A DNA stretch of 64,000 bases from an uncultured delta proteobacterium. Lineage in GTDB: Bacteria; Myxococcota; Kuafuiibacteriia; Kuafuiibacteriales; Kuafuiibacteriaceae. Position numbers and translations under genes: made by a program. Under the pieces are notes generated by a model, which was given only the letters and a program-made list of their open reading frames with translations, was not told the origin of the DNA and did no database searches. The stretch spans positions 1 through 64,000 of the forward strand of contig CAWDML010000014.1 of assembly GCA_963803435.1 (NCBI GenBank), given 5' to 3'. Within the stretch, counting starts at the first letter, position 1; every line of letters starts with the position of its first letter. Below are positions 28,040 to 39,030 of this stretch, in pieces.

Positions 28040-30725
28040 ATGAGGATCCAATCTCGCTTCCTGCGCTTGCTCGGATTGACTGCTTTTCTCACCACGACCG
28101 CCTGTAGCGGCGGTGGCGACGACACTACGGACGACGTCACACCGCCCAACACGGTCAAGATCGACAGCTTCACCGCCAGCATGAACAGCGTCGCGTCCGG
28201 CGCGACCGTCGTGCTCAGCTACAAGGTCACGAACGGCACCAGCCTCTCGATCTCCGCGAATCCCGGTGGCTCGTTGCTCTCCGAGTCCACCACGTTCGAG
28301 GGGACCGTCACGACGGCCGCCATCACCGAAAGTACGGTCTTCACCCTCACCGCTCAGGGCACCGGTGGTCCCAAGATGGCCACGGTCACCGTGATGATCG
28401 ACGCCAACGCCGTCGCCGTCCTGAGCTTCACGGCCACGCCGAACCCGTCTCCGGTGAACGGCGACGTGAATCTCGCCTGGACCACCTCCGGTGCGACCCA
28501 GGTTCGCGTGCTGGAGGGGACGACGGAGCTCCTCAACACGACCACCGACGTCGCCTCCGGCACGTTCAAGGTCACGGTCGACCGGATGAGCCACACCTAC
28601 GTCCTCGAGGCCAGCAATGCGACCGGGATGGATACGGATATGGTTACGGTCACGGTGATCACGCCCGGAAAGATCAACGCCTTCACGGCCACCCCGAACG
28701 TCTTCAGCGGCCCCAGCGGCAGCATCCAGATCCACTGGGAGGCCGAGGGCGAGACCTTCGGACTGACGGCCAACGGGGCCGCGGTCGGTGCGTTCCCGAA
28801 CACGGGTACCGGAACCATCACGGTCACCGTCACCGAAACAACCCTCTTCGAGCTCACGGCCACCGGCGCCGGTACGACCGACACCCGCCGGGTCGCGGTC
28901 GCCGCGGCTGTGACCGAGGGGGAGCCGAACAACGACATCGCCACGGCCACGCCAATCACCGGCGGCGCCACCGGCTCGATCTCCCCGGCGGACGACATCG
29001 ACTTCTACAGCTTCACCGTGGGCGCGGGGGGCAACGTCTTCGCCGAGACCTCCGACGGCATGGGCGGCTGTGCGCTCGACACCGTGATCCGTCTGTATGA
29101 CTCGACGGGTACGGAGCTGGGCTCCGCGGATCAGAACGGCGTGGGCGACTGCTCCCAGATGGATCCGCGCTTCGAGACCTTCGCCGCCGATCTGCCGGCC
29201 GGCACCTACTACATCTCGGTCGAGTCCTACCTGATGGCCGACGAAGGCGATTACTCGCTGGTCGTGCTCGTCGGACAGCCCGGATGCGGCAACGAGATCA
29301 TCGAGCCCTCGCGCAGTGAGAGCTGCGATGACGGCAACACCACCGCCGGCGACGGCTGCGCGGCCGATTGCACCCTCGAGGTCGCCGGCACCATCACCGG
29401 CACCGGGGGCACGATCCAGATCCCGATCAACGGCGATCAGAACGCGATCCCGACGCTGGTCCGTGTGGTGCTCTCCATGGACGGTCAGTCCATCACCGCC
29501 ACCACCTCGGACGGCGCCGGGAGCTGCGCGATCCCGACCGTCATCGGGCTCTTCCGAGAGGACACCCTCGAGACCCTCGTCGTCTCCCGAGGCAACGGCG
29601 GCTGTGCCTACCTGGATCCGCTCGCGAACCCGGCGCACCTCGCCGCCTCGAACCTGCCTGCGGGCAACTACCTCCTGGGCGTCATCGCCGAGAACGAGGG
29701 CGAAATGGGACAGACCACGGTCGACGTCACCATCGGCAACCCGGCGTGCGGCAACCGGCTCATCGAGACGCTCGCCAACGAGCAGTGCGATGACGGCAAC
29801 ACCACGGGCGGGGATGGCTGCTCGGAGACCTGCCAGGTCCAGCCGCTCGGTACAGTGACCGGGCTCGGCCAGACGATGAGCTTCCAGGGCGCCATCGATC
29901 CCGCGAGTCAGAGCGACTACTACCAGGTCGTCATGGACGGCCCCGGATACATCCGGGCCGAGACCGGCTCGCCGACGGTCGGGACCTGCGCGATGGGCGT
30001 CGACACCGTCGTCGGCCTGTACGACTCGACGTTCATGCTCCTCGGTGAGAACGACGATATCGAGTTCGGAAACACGTGCTCTCTGATCGACCCGCGCGTG
30101 CGGGCGTTCGCGGCGGTGCCGGCCGGCACCTACTACGTCGCGGTCCACTCCTACGCGATGCGCACCGTGATTTCGGACTACCAGCTGGAGATCCGAACCA
30201 TCGCGCAAGGATGCGGCAACGAGAATCCTCGAGGCCGGCGAGCAGTGCGATGACGGCGGCACCGCCAACGGCGACGGCTGCAGCAACACCTGCCAGTTCG
30301 AGGGCAACATCCACGTGGAGACGGAGCCCAACAACACCGCCGCCACCGCCAATCCGAGCGGCGCTGCGCTCAACATGACGACGACGATCAACGGTGACAT
30401 CGATCCGGTCGCCGATCAGGACTGGTTCGCGCTGACGGTGCCGCAGGGCGCGACCGTCGTCGCGGCGACCTACCCGACGTTCGGGGACCCGACCTCCTGC
30501 GATCAGGTCCACGACACGCGGATCTGGCTGGTGGACTCCACGGGGACGGAGCTGGCGTTCAACGATGACGACGAGGCCCGCGACGGATTCTGCTCGACGA
30601 TCGACGGGGCGGGGGCCGACACGGGCGCTGCCAACCTGGCGGCGGGCACGTACTATATCCGGGTCCAGGACTACGACGACACGGGGACGTTCCAGAGCTA
30701 CTTCCTGGACATCCACCTCCAGTAG
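28040..30725 (+). CDS. Large surface lipoprotein with Ig-like, PPC-like and Myxococcus Cys-rich (DUF4215-type) repeats; frameshift near 30220
   Basis: Lipobox-like FLTTTAC; three CGN...CDDG...GDGC...C repeats; E.EPNN and D.D.Y...DT...LYDSTG...LPAGTYY domains. It continues in ORF 30315..30725. Confidence 0.85.
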
Positions 30726-30728
30726 CGG

Positions 30729-31289
30729 TCACCGGAGCTGACGAAGGATCATCACGACGGTCACGAGACCCACGATCCCGATCAGCACCAGCAACAGACC
30801 CGGCGGCTCCCCGTCCGAGGGGACCGCCGGGGCCTCCAGCACCACATCGCCGACCGACACCAGCGTCTTGCAGGCGGCTGGCACCACGTGGATGGCGTAG
30901 ACGTCCTGATCCAGAGGGAGCGCCTTCCGGACGATCTGGACCTTTCTCGTCGCCGCCGGGCCGATGATGGTCGGGACCTCGGCGCGGAACGCCAGACCGC
31001 CGTCGGCAAACTCTCGATACTTCGAGGTCGGCAGCGTGAGCGGGCGCGTCTCCGAGACCGCCTGGAGCGATGCGCCCAGGAAGACCGCGAGATCGATCGC
31101 GCTGACCGCTGCGGTGCTCGTCGAGCGGAGCTCCACTTCGATGACCGCGTCGCGCCGGAACGGCTTTCCCTGGAACATGCGCGTTCGATACGTCGCGGAC
31201 GAAGAGATCACCTCGAGCTCGTCCGCACAGACCCGGGTGCGCGCTTGAGCGCCGAGGAGGCTCAGGAGGATCGCGGCCCCGACACGCAT
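30729..31289 (-). CDS. Hypothetical exported protein with a C-terminal membrane anchor
   Basis: Signal-like N-terminus and C-terminal TM LLLVLIGIVGLVTVVMILRQLR. Confidence 0.65.
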   Translation of the reverse strand: MRVGAAILLSLLGAQARTRVCADELEVISSSATYRTRMFQGKPFRRDAVIEVELRSTSTAAVSAIDLAVFLGASLQAVSETRPLTLPTSKYREFADGGLAFRAEVPTIIGPAATRKVQIVRKALPLDQDVYAIHVVPAACKTLVSVGDVVLEAPAVPSDGEPPGLLLVLIGIVGLVTVVMILRQLR

Positions 31290-31293
31290 GGGA

Positions 31294-33670
31294 TCAGCGG
31301 CCCAACCGGAGTCGGGGCAACCGCTCCTTGAGACGTCGCACCCGCTCGGCACCCATCGAGCGATCGCCGCGGACGTCGAGCCGGAGCTCGAGATGCTCGA
31401 TCGCAGGGGCCCGCCGCTCGAGCTCCGCGAGCGCGCTCAGGTTGGGCCTCACGATCTCGAGCGTGGTGACGGTCTCGGGGATCCGCTCCGCGATCGAGTG
31501 GAAGACCTCCGCGGTCGACCGGACCAACCGAAGGACGGTGAGCTTCGGCGGCGGGGACTCCAGGACGGCGCTCAACCCGGCGATCTCATCGGGGGTCCGC
31601 ACATCGAGATCGAGCAGCTCGAGAATCGGGGAGGTCGAGCCCCAACCGGAGCCCGCCGGCTCCAATCCCCGGATGTCGCGCCGGCCGCAGGCGCAGGCGC
31701 CTCAGGCGCGGCCAGGCGAGATCGAGATCCCGCACCGCAGGCCCGTCGAGATCGAGCGCGCGGAGGTTCGGCAAGCGCGGGGCCAGCTGGGAGGCGCCCG
31801 AGAAGCGACGCCACACGCCCGAGAGACGGAGCGTGCGCAGGCTGGGCCACTCGTCGATCCCGTTCATCGCGTCGATGAAGCGCCGCGCATCCGAGACGAT
31901 GTTGACCGAGAGGGTCTCGAGAAAGCGAAAGGCCGGGACGCGCGGCGCCGCTGCGATCAGCGGCGCGGGGGAGTCGTAGACATCGACCGAGGAGAGGAAT
32001 CCGCGGCGCCAGCGCTCGGCGCCCGGGCTGGCGGCGATCCAAGCGCTGCGAAGAGGCTCGAGGCCCGCCCCGAGAAAGCTCCGATGTACGATGGCCAAGC
32101 GCTCCCGCTCGCGTCGGAGGCGCGCGCGCTCGCTGCCTCGACTGCGCTCGTAGGCGATGTCGATCGCGATGATCTCTCCCCGCGGATCGCCCTGGCTCTG
32201 GAGCCAGTCCGAGTAGACCATCCAGGCGTCGAGGTCGTCCGGCTTCTTCCAGATCGCACGCTCGAGCACCGGGTTTCGGGGATCGTCCAGACGGTGGGGC
32301 GTGTCGACGACCGGGACCACCCCCAGCCGGTCGGCGACCTCCATGTCTTTGCGGTAACGCGCCAGATCGGCCGGCGTCGATCCGGATAGCTCGCGGTACT
32401 GCCGACCGCCGGCGTCGATCAGGAGGTCGAGCAGAACCTCGCGCTCACGGGCGCCGCCCCAGCGGGCACCTGCGACCTCGTGGAGCGCCGTCCAGCCCGA
32501 GCGGGCCCGCGCGTTGGGATCGGCGCCGGCGTCCAGAAGTCGGCGGCACATCCCGGGCCGGCCGTTGCGGGTGTGGAGACAGTGGAGCGGGGTACGGCCG
32601 ACCGCGTCGGCCTCGTCCGAGGAGGCGCCGAGATCGAGGAGGAGCTTCACCGCCTCCTCGTGTCCGCCCTCCACCGCGAAGTGCAGCGCACGCCGGCCGT
32701 CGGCGCTCCGCGAGTCCACCGCCACGCCGAGCTCGACCAGCGCCTTGATCTTGGCGGTACGTCCGAGGAGCGACGCGAAGTGGATCGGCGCCAGGCCCTG
32801 ATCGTCGCAGACGTCGAGTCGAGCCGGATGCCCAATCTCTCCGTGTGCCAGCAGTCGGAGGGCTTGCGCCGAGTTCTCGAGGCGGCTCCTCACCGCAGCG
32901 TGCACCGCGGTCTCGCCGCCCGAGGTGGGGAGGTTCGGATCGACACCGTCCTCGAGCAGGCTGGTGATCGCCTCGAGGTCGCCATCGAACACCGCACGAC
33001 GCAGCTCGCGCGCGCTCCCGTCGGTCACCGAACGCCACTGACGGCGTCCGCCCACCTCCGGGCGGCCAGCCTCCGGCGCGAACAGGACGATCGCGCTCGC
33101 GTCGATCCGCCGGACCCCATAGCCGAGCAAGTAGAGCTGATAGAGCGGCTCGAAGGGATCGTCAATCTCGTCGATGCTCTTTCCATGCATCGACTCCGGC
33201 ACCGGGAGCCGATCGCTCACCGCCCCCCGGATGACGCCGCGGCGGAGCGACGCCTCCCGCCACGCTGCGGCTGCGGCCGCCACCATCGCCGCCGGCCGGA
33301 AGCGGCGCTCGGGGCGATCCTCCGGCGGCGACCAGCGCGCCAGGCGGATCGCCACCTTCGCGGCGCTGTCGGCGCCTGCGATCTCGAAGCGGGTGGGGCC
33401 GTCGCGATCGGCCGCGCGCGCGGCGCCCCGGATTCGCCAGGTCAGCGGCGTGTCCTCGACGCGGACGCCCTCGGGATCGGCTCGCCAAAGCGCGAGGCGC
33501 TCGCTGGTGGCGCGGGCCAGCATCTCGGCGCGCTCGATCCCGCCCGGATCGCACGCGAAGAGCGCGCAGGCTTCGACCGTCGGCGGGTGGTCGCCGAGGG
33601 GCCCGCCCCGTCCGCGGAACGAGCGCCGGCCCGGCGTGAGAAACCGCCGCGGAAGCACGCCCGCTTCCAC
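31294..33670 (-). CDS. Ankyrin-repeat plus TIGR02996-type plus LRR protein; frameshift near 31670, start may lie further upstream
   Basis: GETAVHAA, GLAPIHFA, GRRALHFA, GRTPLH and GWTALHE ankyrins; PDDLDAWMVYSDWLQSQGDPRGE; LRR-like LRTLRL and LPNLRALDL. Confidence 0.8.
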
Positions 33671-33809
33671 GAGCCGGGTCCAGGCCTCGGAGGGCGAGCG
33701 AACCTCGTGGAGCAGCTGCCGAACGTGGGCGAGCCGAGAACGATCAGGCTCGAGGAATCGAGGCTCGAGCCGGCGGATGAGGCTCTTGGAGTTCAGCTGA
33801 GCGCTGATC

Positions 33810-36800
33810 TTACGGCAAGCAGGCGACGGTGTAAGTAATCTCGATCGTCGAGTTGGCCTGGGGGACAGCGCTGGCGGAGAACACCACGCTGTTCGTGCCC
33901 ATGTCGTAGGTCCAGTTGACCTGCCCGCCGGCCGTGGTGGACGGGATCTGCGCGCCGTCGACGCTCACGGCGATGGTCACCGGAACCGGCTGGGAGGAGA
34001 GCGTGAACTGCCGTTTGAGCCCGAAGCTGTTGAGCCCGATGTTGGCCAGCGTCTGACCCCAGTTGGCGGCGCAGATCGACTCGACCACCCCGCCGGTGTT
34101 GTTGGCCACGCTGATGTAGTTGGGCGCATATTCCGCGCTTCCGCCCGGACCGTTGCAGACGGGATTCGTCGTTCCCACCACGGCGCTCGCCGAGAAGAGC
34201 GTGCTGTTGGCGAAGCCCTTGATGTTGCGCAGGAAGTTCTCGTAGAACGACGACGCCTGCGGGGACTGGTCGATCTCGTCGGACACGTAGATGACCGCCA
34301 GCGAGGCGTCCGGCCGCAGGAAGCCGGCGTTCCAGGTGTTGATCAGCGGATCGGAGAGCGCCAGGTACGAGGCCGCGAACCCCTGCTCGATGCCGGAGCC
34401 GCCGGTGCCGCGGTTGACGTTCTGCTGGAACACCGTGCTCGCGTTGGGCGTCGCCGGCGTGATGATGCGCGTGGTGCCGACGAATCGACCGTCCTCGCCG
34501 CCCGGATCGACGTCGGTGGTCGTGACCGCGATCTGATAGTCGATGCCCTGCGACTGCGCGAAGGCGAGGAAGGCGCCCAGGTTGCTGCCCAGGTTCGCCT
34601 GTTCCTGATCCATGGAGCACGAGTTGTCGACGACGAAGAGGACGTCGGCCAGCGGGTTCGGCAGCTGCTGGAAGCGGTCGGTCACCGTGGGGCTGATCTG
34701 GCCCTCACCCGAGAGCGGGACCGCCACCGGGTTGAGGTTGGCGGAGTGCGAGATGAACAAGACGCCGGTGTCGGGACCGATGTCGGTCGGGTGGTAGCGG
34801 AGGTTGATCACCGTGCTGCCGCCCGCGGCGACCGTCTGCGGCGTGGGGAAGGGGGTGAGCTCGAACTCGGGCGTGGTCGTGGGATCGAGGAAGACGTTGT
34901 CGATCTGCACCGGCGAGGCGCCGGTGTTGTAGACGGTGACCACGCGGTTCGGCGAGCGGCACGTCACCGGCACCACGTTGAAGTCGAGCTGGGACGGGAT
35001 CACGAGCACGGTGCTCTGCTCGCTGGCGCCGGTGATCGGGACCTGCCCGTGCATCTGGGCGGGATCGTCGGAGTCGAACTCGAGCAGGGTGCTGTGCATG
35101 CCGTAGGCCGTCGGAGCGTACTCGACGTCGATGCGCTGCGTGCCTCCGGGCACGATGTTGACCGGCCCGCCGCCGCCGCCGGCGCTGATGCGGAACTCGG
35201 CATCGCCGTTGAGCGCGATGTTCGAGACGTTGCAGGGCTGCGCGCCCGAGTTGCGGATCTCGACCGGCAGCGTGGCGACGCGGCCGCGCTCGACCAGACC
35301 GAACGTGACCTGCGAGGGCGCGACCGAAAGCGAGCACGTGGTTGGCACGCCGCCGATGCCGGCGAGCGGGATGCTGAGCATGCCCTCGTCGCGATCGTCG
35401 GAGGTGACCAGCACGGTGCCCGTGTCCATGCCGGCGTCCTGCGGGCCGTAGTTGAGCCGCAGGTCGATGCTGGCGCCGGGGTCGATCGTGAACGGCGTCG
35501 CCGGCGGCGGGTCCATCGTGATCTCCGCGGTGGCGACGTTGAGCGCGATCCCGCTGACGGTCAGCGGCGCATTGCCCACGTTCTGGATCGAGAGAATGCG
35601 CGTCACCGGCGTCCCCATGATCCCGACGGTCCCGAAGTTGACCGCCGGCGGGAACGGGTTGATGTCCGGCCCGCGCGAGGTGGCGGTCAGTGCGACCAGG
35701 CCGATCGTCTCGCTGATCGGCGTGTTCGGATCATCCCAGGCGTTGGTGTCCACCTCGACGTTGCCGCTGTCGTCGCCCGGCGTGGTGCCGAGATACATGA
35801 CGTCCACGCTGAGCTCTTCGGTGGGCATGAGCGCGGCGGGAAGCGAGACCGCGGGGTTCGTGGAGAACTCGGGCGTGGTGTTGCGATCGATCCCGACGCT
35901 GAACACGGTGAGCGGGACGTTGCCCACGTTGCGGACGATGAACGACTGGGTGGCGCTCTGGCCCTCCTCGAGCGTGCCGAAGTCGAGGCTGACGGGGACC
36001 AGCTCGAAGAGGGGCTTGATGCCCTCGCCGCGCAGACTGATCTGCTTGGTGCAGGTGTCGCAGTAGCTGAGGTTCAGCGTGTTCATCGCCGGACCCTCTT
36101 CGAGAGGCTGGAACCAGACCTTCACGGTGGTGGTGCCGTTCCCGGGGACGTCGCCGGTCAGCGGCTGATCCGAGGCAGGCGGGGGCACACCGCCGGCATC
36201 GGTCACTCCGAAGATCACCGCGGACTGCGCGAGCGGATCGATCCGGAAGGGCTGCGTGAACTGGGTGCGGTTGGTGAGGACGACCTCGAGCTCCTTGCGC
36301 TGATCGACGGTGACCTGGCCGAAGTCGAGCGTGTCGGTGGAGAGATCGATCTGCGGCTGCACGCCGCTGCCCTTGAGGGTGATGATCGTGCTCGGTCCGT
36401 TGGCGGCGTTGTGGACCAGGATCAGCGTCGCGCTGACGTCGCCCTCGACGGTCGGGTGGAACGTGAGCGTGAACTCGCGATCCGTTCCGCGCTCGACGAC
36501 CCACGCGCCGGTCTCGGAAGGATTGTCGAACTGCGGTGTGAACGGTGCGTTGTCCGGCTGGACGCGGGACGCCTCGGTGCAGTCCGTGTCGGTGGCGCCG
36601 GCCAAGCAGACGCGCAGGGTGTCGTCGCCGATGTTACGGACGCCGACCGCGCGGAGATACGGCACGCCCAGCGGCACCGCGCCGAAGTCGATCTCGTTGA
36701 TCTCGGGCTGATTCTCGAGTCCGGGATCGTAGACCACGATCTGGGCCGACAGCCTCGTCAGTGGCGGCGGACCTCCGTCGCATTCACATCCGAAGATCGA

Positions 36801-36869
36801 AAGGCCGGCTCCGAGAGCCGACAGCAGCCAAAGATTGCGACGCGCGAGCCCTGCGACATCCTTGTTCAT
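33810..36869 (-). CDS. Lipoprotein with tandem Ig-like (choice-of-anchor D/ASH-type) domains and a C-terminal vWA domain
   Basis: Lipobox SIFGC, repeated [LIV]DFG.V.......N.G..PL modules and MIDAS DVLFVVDNSCSM. Confidence 0.85.
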   Translation of the reverse strand: MNKDVAGLARRNLWLLSALGAGLSIFGCECDGGPPPLTRLSAQIVVYDPGLENQPEINEIDFGAVPLGVPYLRAVGVRNIGDDTLRVCLAGATDTDCTEASRVQPDNAPFTPQFDNPSETGAWVVERGTDREFTLTFHPTVEGDVSATLILVHNAANGPSTIITLKGSGVQPQIDLSTDTLDFGQVTVDQRKELEVVLTNRTQFTQPFRIDPLAQSAVIFGVTDAGGVPPPASDQPLTGDVPGNGTTTVKVWFQPLEEGPAMNTLNLSYCDTCTKQISLRGEGIKPLFELVPVSLDFGTLEEGQSATQSFIVRNVGNVPLTVFSVGIDRNTTPEFSTNPAVSLPAALMPTEELSVDVMYLGTTPGDDSGNVEVDTNAWDDPNTPISETIGLVALTATSRGPDINPFPPAVNFGTVGIMGTPVTRILSIQNVGNAPLTVSGIALNVATAEITMDPPPATPFTIDPGASIDLRLNYGPQDAGMDTGTVLVTSDDRDEGMLSIPLAGIGGVPTTCSLSVAPSQVTFGLVERGRVATLPVEIRNSGAQPCNVSNIALNGDAEFRISAGGGGGPVNIVPGGTQRIDVEYAPTAYGMHSTLLEFDSDDPAQMHGQVPITGASEQSTVLVIPSQLDFNVVPVTCRSPNRVVTVYNTGASPVQIDNVFLDPTTTPEFELTPFPTPQTVAAGGSTVINLRYHPTDIGPDTGVLFISHSANLNPVAVPLSGEGQISPTVTDRFQQLPNPLADVLFVVDNSCSMDQEQANLGSNLGAFLAFAQSQGIDYQIAVTTTDVDPGGEDGRFVGTTRIITPATPNASTVFQQNVNRGTGGSGIEQGFAASYLALSDPLINTWNAGFLRPDASLAVIYVSDEIDQSPQASSFYENFLRNIKGFANSTLFSASAVVGTTNPVCNGPGGSAEYAPNYISVANNTGGVVESICAANWGQTLANIGLNSFGLKRQFTLSSQPVPVTIAVSVDGAQIPSTTAGGQVNWTYDMGTNSVVFSASAVPQANSTIEITYTVACLP

Positions 36870-37059
36870 CCGTACCCTACCCAACGTGCTGACTGTTTTG
36901 GGTTTCGGGTGCCCGTCCCTCGGCCGCACCCGTTCCGCGAGGGAGTCTGTGGCGGGCGTCATGGGGCGGCCTATCAGATAGCTGACGGATGAGCGAATTC
37001 CGAAGGAGCCCGGGCGCTTGCGGTCGTTTGCCGTCCGGTCGGATGGGCGATCCCCGAGG

Positions 37060-37677
37060 TCAGAGATCCTCCATGGCCTTCTCCGCGCTCCGCCGCGCGT
37101 CCGGCGGGAGCGCCGGGGACGCCAGCGCTGCCTCGAGGTGCCGCTTCGCCTGGGCGCGTTCGCCCACGAATTTGTGCTCCATTCCCAGCATCTGATGGGC
37201 GAGCGCGGCGGTCTCGGCGTCGGGGCTGTTGACCAGGAGCGCGAGGACGTCGAGCTGGGCCTTGCGAGCGCGATCGGCCTCGGTGCGGTTGCCGGTCTCG
37301 CGGAGCGCCAGCACCACGAACCCCGCGGCCTGCGCCGAGTGGATCGTGGGTGGCTTGAGGCCGGCGACCCGGCGCAGCTCGAAGATCGCCTGCTGTGGCT
37401 TGCCCTGCCGGAGCAGGATCAGCGCCAGCGAGACGCGCGCCGCCATGCTCCACGGCGCGGCCTTGGCCTTGGCCGCCTCGCGGAGATGCTCCGCGGCCTC
37501 CTCCAGGTTCTTGGTGCGGAACAGGAGATCGAGCCCGAGCCGGTAGTGAGCCTGGGCCGCTGCGGGCGTGTCGGGGTGCCCGGTCGCGATCGTGCGGCGC
37601 ACCGAGGCGATCCGATCGAGATCGGCGGCTTCGATCGCGCGCGAGAGGTCGCCCTCGAGCTCCTTCAACGACGCCAT
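37060..37677 (-). CDS. TPR-like helical repeat protein
   Basis: 205 aa; AHYRLG, ARVSLA and AHQMLG repeats. Confidence 0.7.
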   Translation of the reverse strand: MASLKELEGDLSRAIEAADLDRIASVRRTIATGHPDTPAAAQAHYRLGLDLLFRTKNLEEAAEHLREAAKAKAAPWSMAARVSLALILLRQGKPQQAIFELRRVAGLKPPTIHSAQAAGFVVLALRETGNRTEADRARKAQLDVLALLVNSPDAETAALAHQMLGMEHKFVGERAQAKRHLEAALASPALPPDARRSAEKAMEDL

Positions 37678-37711
37678 GACCGCCCACGGTAGCGCCCCGA
37701 GTGCCGAATGG

Positions 37712-38917
37712 CTACTCCCCGAGCCGAGGCGCCGGCGCCTCGTGCTCGAGGACGCGGAGGCTCGGCACCTGGATGCGGCGGCCGGCGTCGAGGACCGCGC
37801 GGGAGTAGAAGGTGTCGCGCCACCAGATCCCCTGGTGCCGCCAGGCCGAGACGCCGGCCTTCAGGGTGAGCGCGGCGTTGAGGAGGTGCCCGATCGGCCA
37901 CGTGAGGACCCCGATGATCGGTGCCGCGAAGTACCGGCAGAGGAGGAGATGGGTGGCGCTCGCGGTCGCCAGCGCGGCGGCCCCCAGCCCGGCGGCGATG
38001 CCGCCCGCCGCGATGGCGAGGATCGGGATCGCCAGGTCGAGCGCCAGCGGGGTCAGGGCGAAGAGGGTCGCGAGCACCAGCGAGTAGCCCAGCGCGGCGC
38101 CGCCCTTCCCGACGCTCCGAGCGGCGGCGCCGATCGAGTCGAGGAACACCAAGTGAACGTCGCTGCGACCGGCGAACAGGCGGCACCGTGCGCCCCGGCT
38201 CTTGAGCACGAGGCCGAGGCCGACGTCGTCCATCACCTCCATCCGGAGCTGGTCGATGACGCCGCTCTCCACGAGCACGCGCTTCTTCACCAGGTTGAAC
38301 GCGCCGACGCCCACGCCGAATCGGGAGTCGTCGTCGTTCGCCGACCAGGCGCGCCCGCTGAGGATCAGCACCCGGAGGAGGCTCGCCAGCGCGCTGTCGA
38401 GCACGAGGTTCACCGAGCGCATGCGGGGGAAGATCGCGATCATGTCGATCGCCTCGGCCTCCGCGTGGGCGATCAGCCGCTCGATCGCCCCCGGCTCGAC
38501 GTGCACGTCGGCGTCGCTGAAGAGGATCCACTCGCCGGCGGCCAGGTCGAGACCGCGCTTCATCGCGTTGAGCTTGCCGAGCCAGCCGTCCGGGAGCGCG
38601 TCGACGTGCACCACCTGGAGCCGCGGGTCCGAGGCGGCGGCCCGATCGAGGATGGCGCCGGTCTCGTCCCGCGAGCGGTCGTTCACCGCCACCAGCTCGA
38701 GCGCCGGATACCCACACGCCAGCTTGGAGCGGAGGGCCGCCTCGATCCCCGCGGCCTCGTCCCGCGCCGGGACCAGCATCGAGACCCGCGGCCAGGGTGT
38801 GCGGCGCTCGACGGCCGCCGGGATCGGTGGGACCGCCCGGATCGTCCGCACGGCCAGGACGAGCTGGAGCAGCCAGAGGAGCGCCACCACCGCGGCGAGG
38901 AGCGTCAGGAGCACCAC
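37712..38917 (-). CDS. Membrane GT2 glycosyltransferase (HpnB/CrtQ-like)
   Basis: VSMLVPARDE, VNDRSRDET, GWLGK, FSDADV, GAFNL and DDVGLG; TM segments at both ends. Confidence 0.88.
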   Translation of the reverse strand: MVLLTLLAAVVALLWLLQLVLAVRTIRAVPPIPAAVERRTPWPRVSMLVPARDEAAGIEAALRSKLACGYPALELVAVNDRSRDETGAILDRAAASDPRLQVVHVDALPDGWLGKLNAMKRGLDLAAGEWILFSDADVHVEPGAIERLIAHAEAEAIDMIAIFPRMRSVNLVLDSALASLLRVLILSGRAWSANDDDSRFGVGVGAFNLVKKRVLVESGVIDQLRMEVMDDVGLGLVLKSRGARCRLFAGRSDVHLVFLDSIGAAARSVGKGGAALGYSLVLATLFALTPLALDLAIPILAIAAGGIAAGLGAAALATASATHLLLCRYFAAPIIGVLTWPIGHLLNAALTLKAGVSAWRHQGIWWRDTFYSRAVLDAGRRIQVPSLRVLEHEAPAPRLGE

Positions 38918-39030
38918 CGGCCTCGAGCAAGTCGTGCGCCGGGCGATTTCGCTGGCGCGACGGCGACGCGAAAGAATGTGCGACTGACAGATTGTCCTTC
39001 GGCCGCCGCTTTGTCAGGAGAGGGGCCCAT

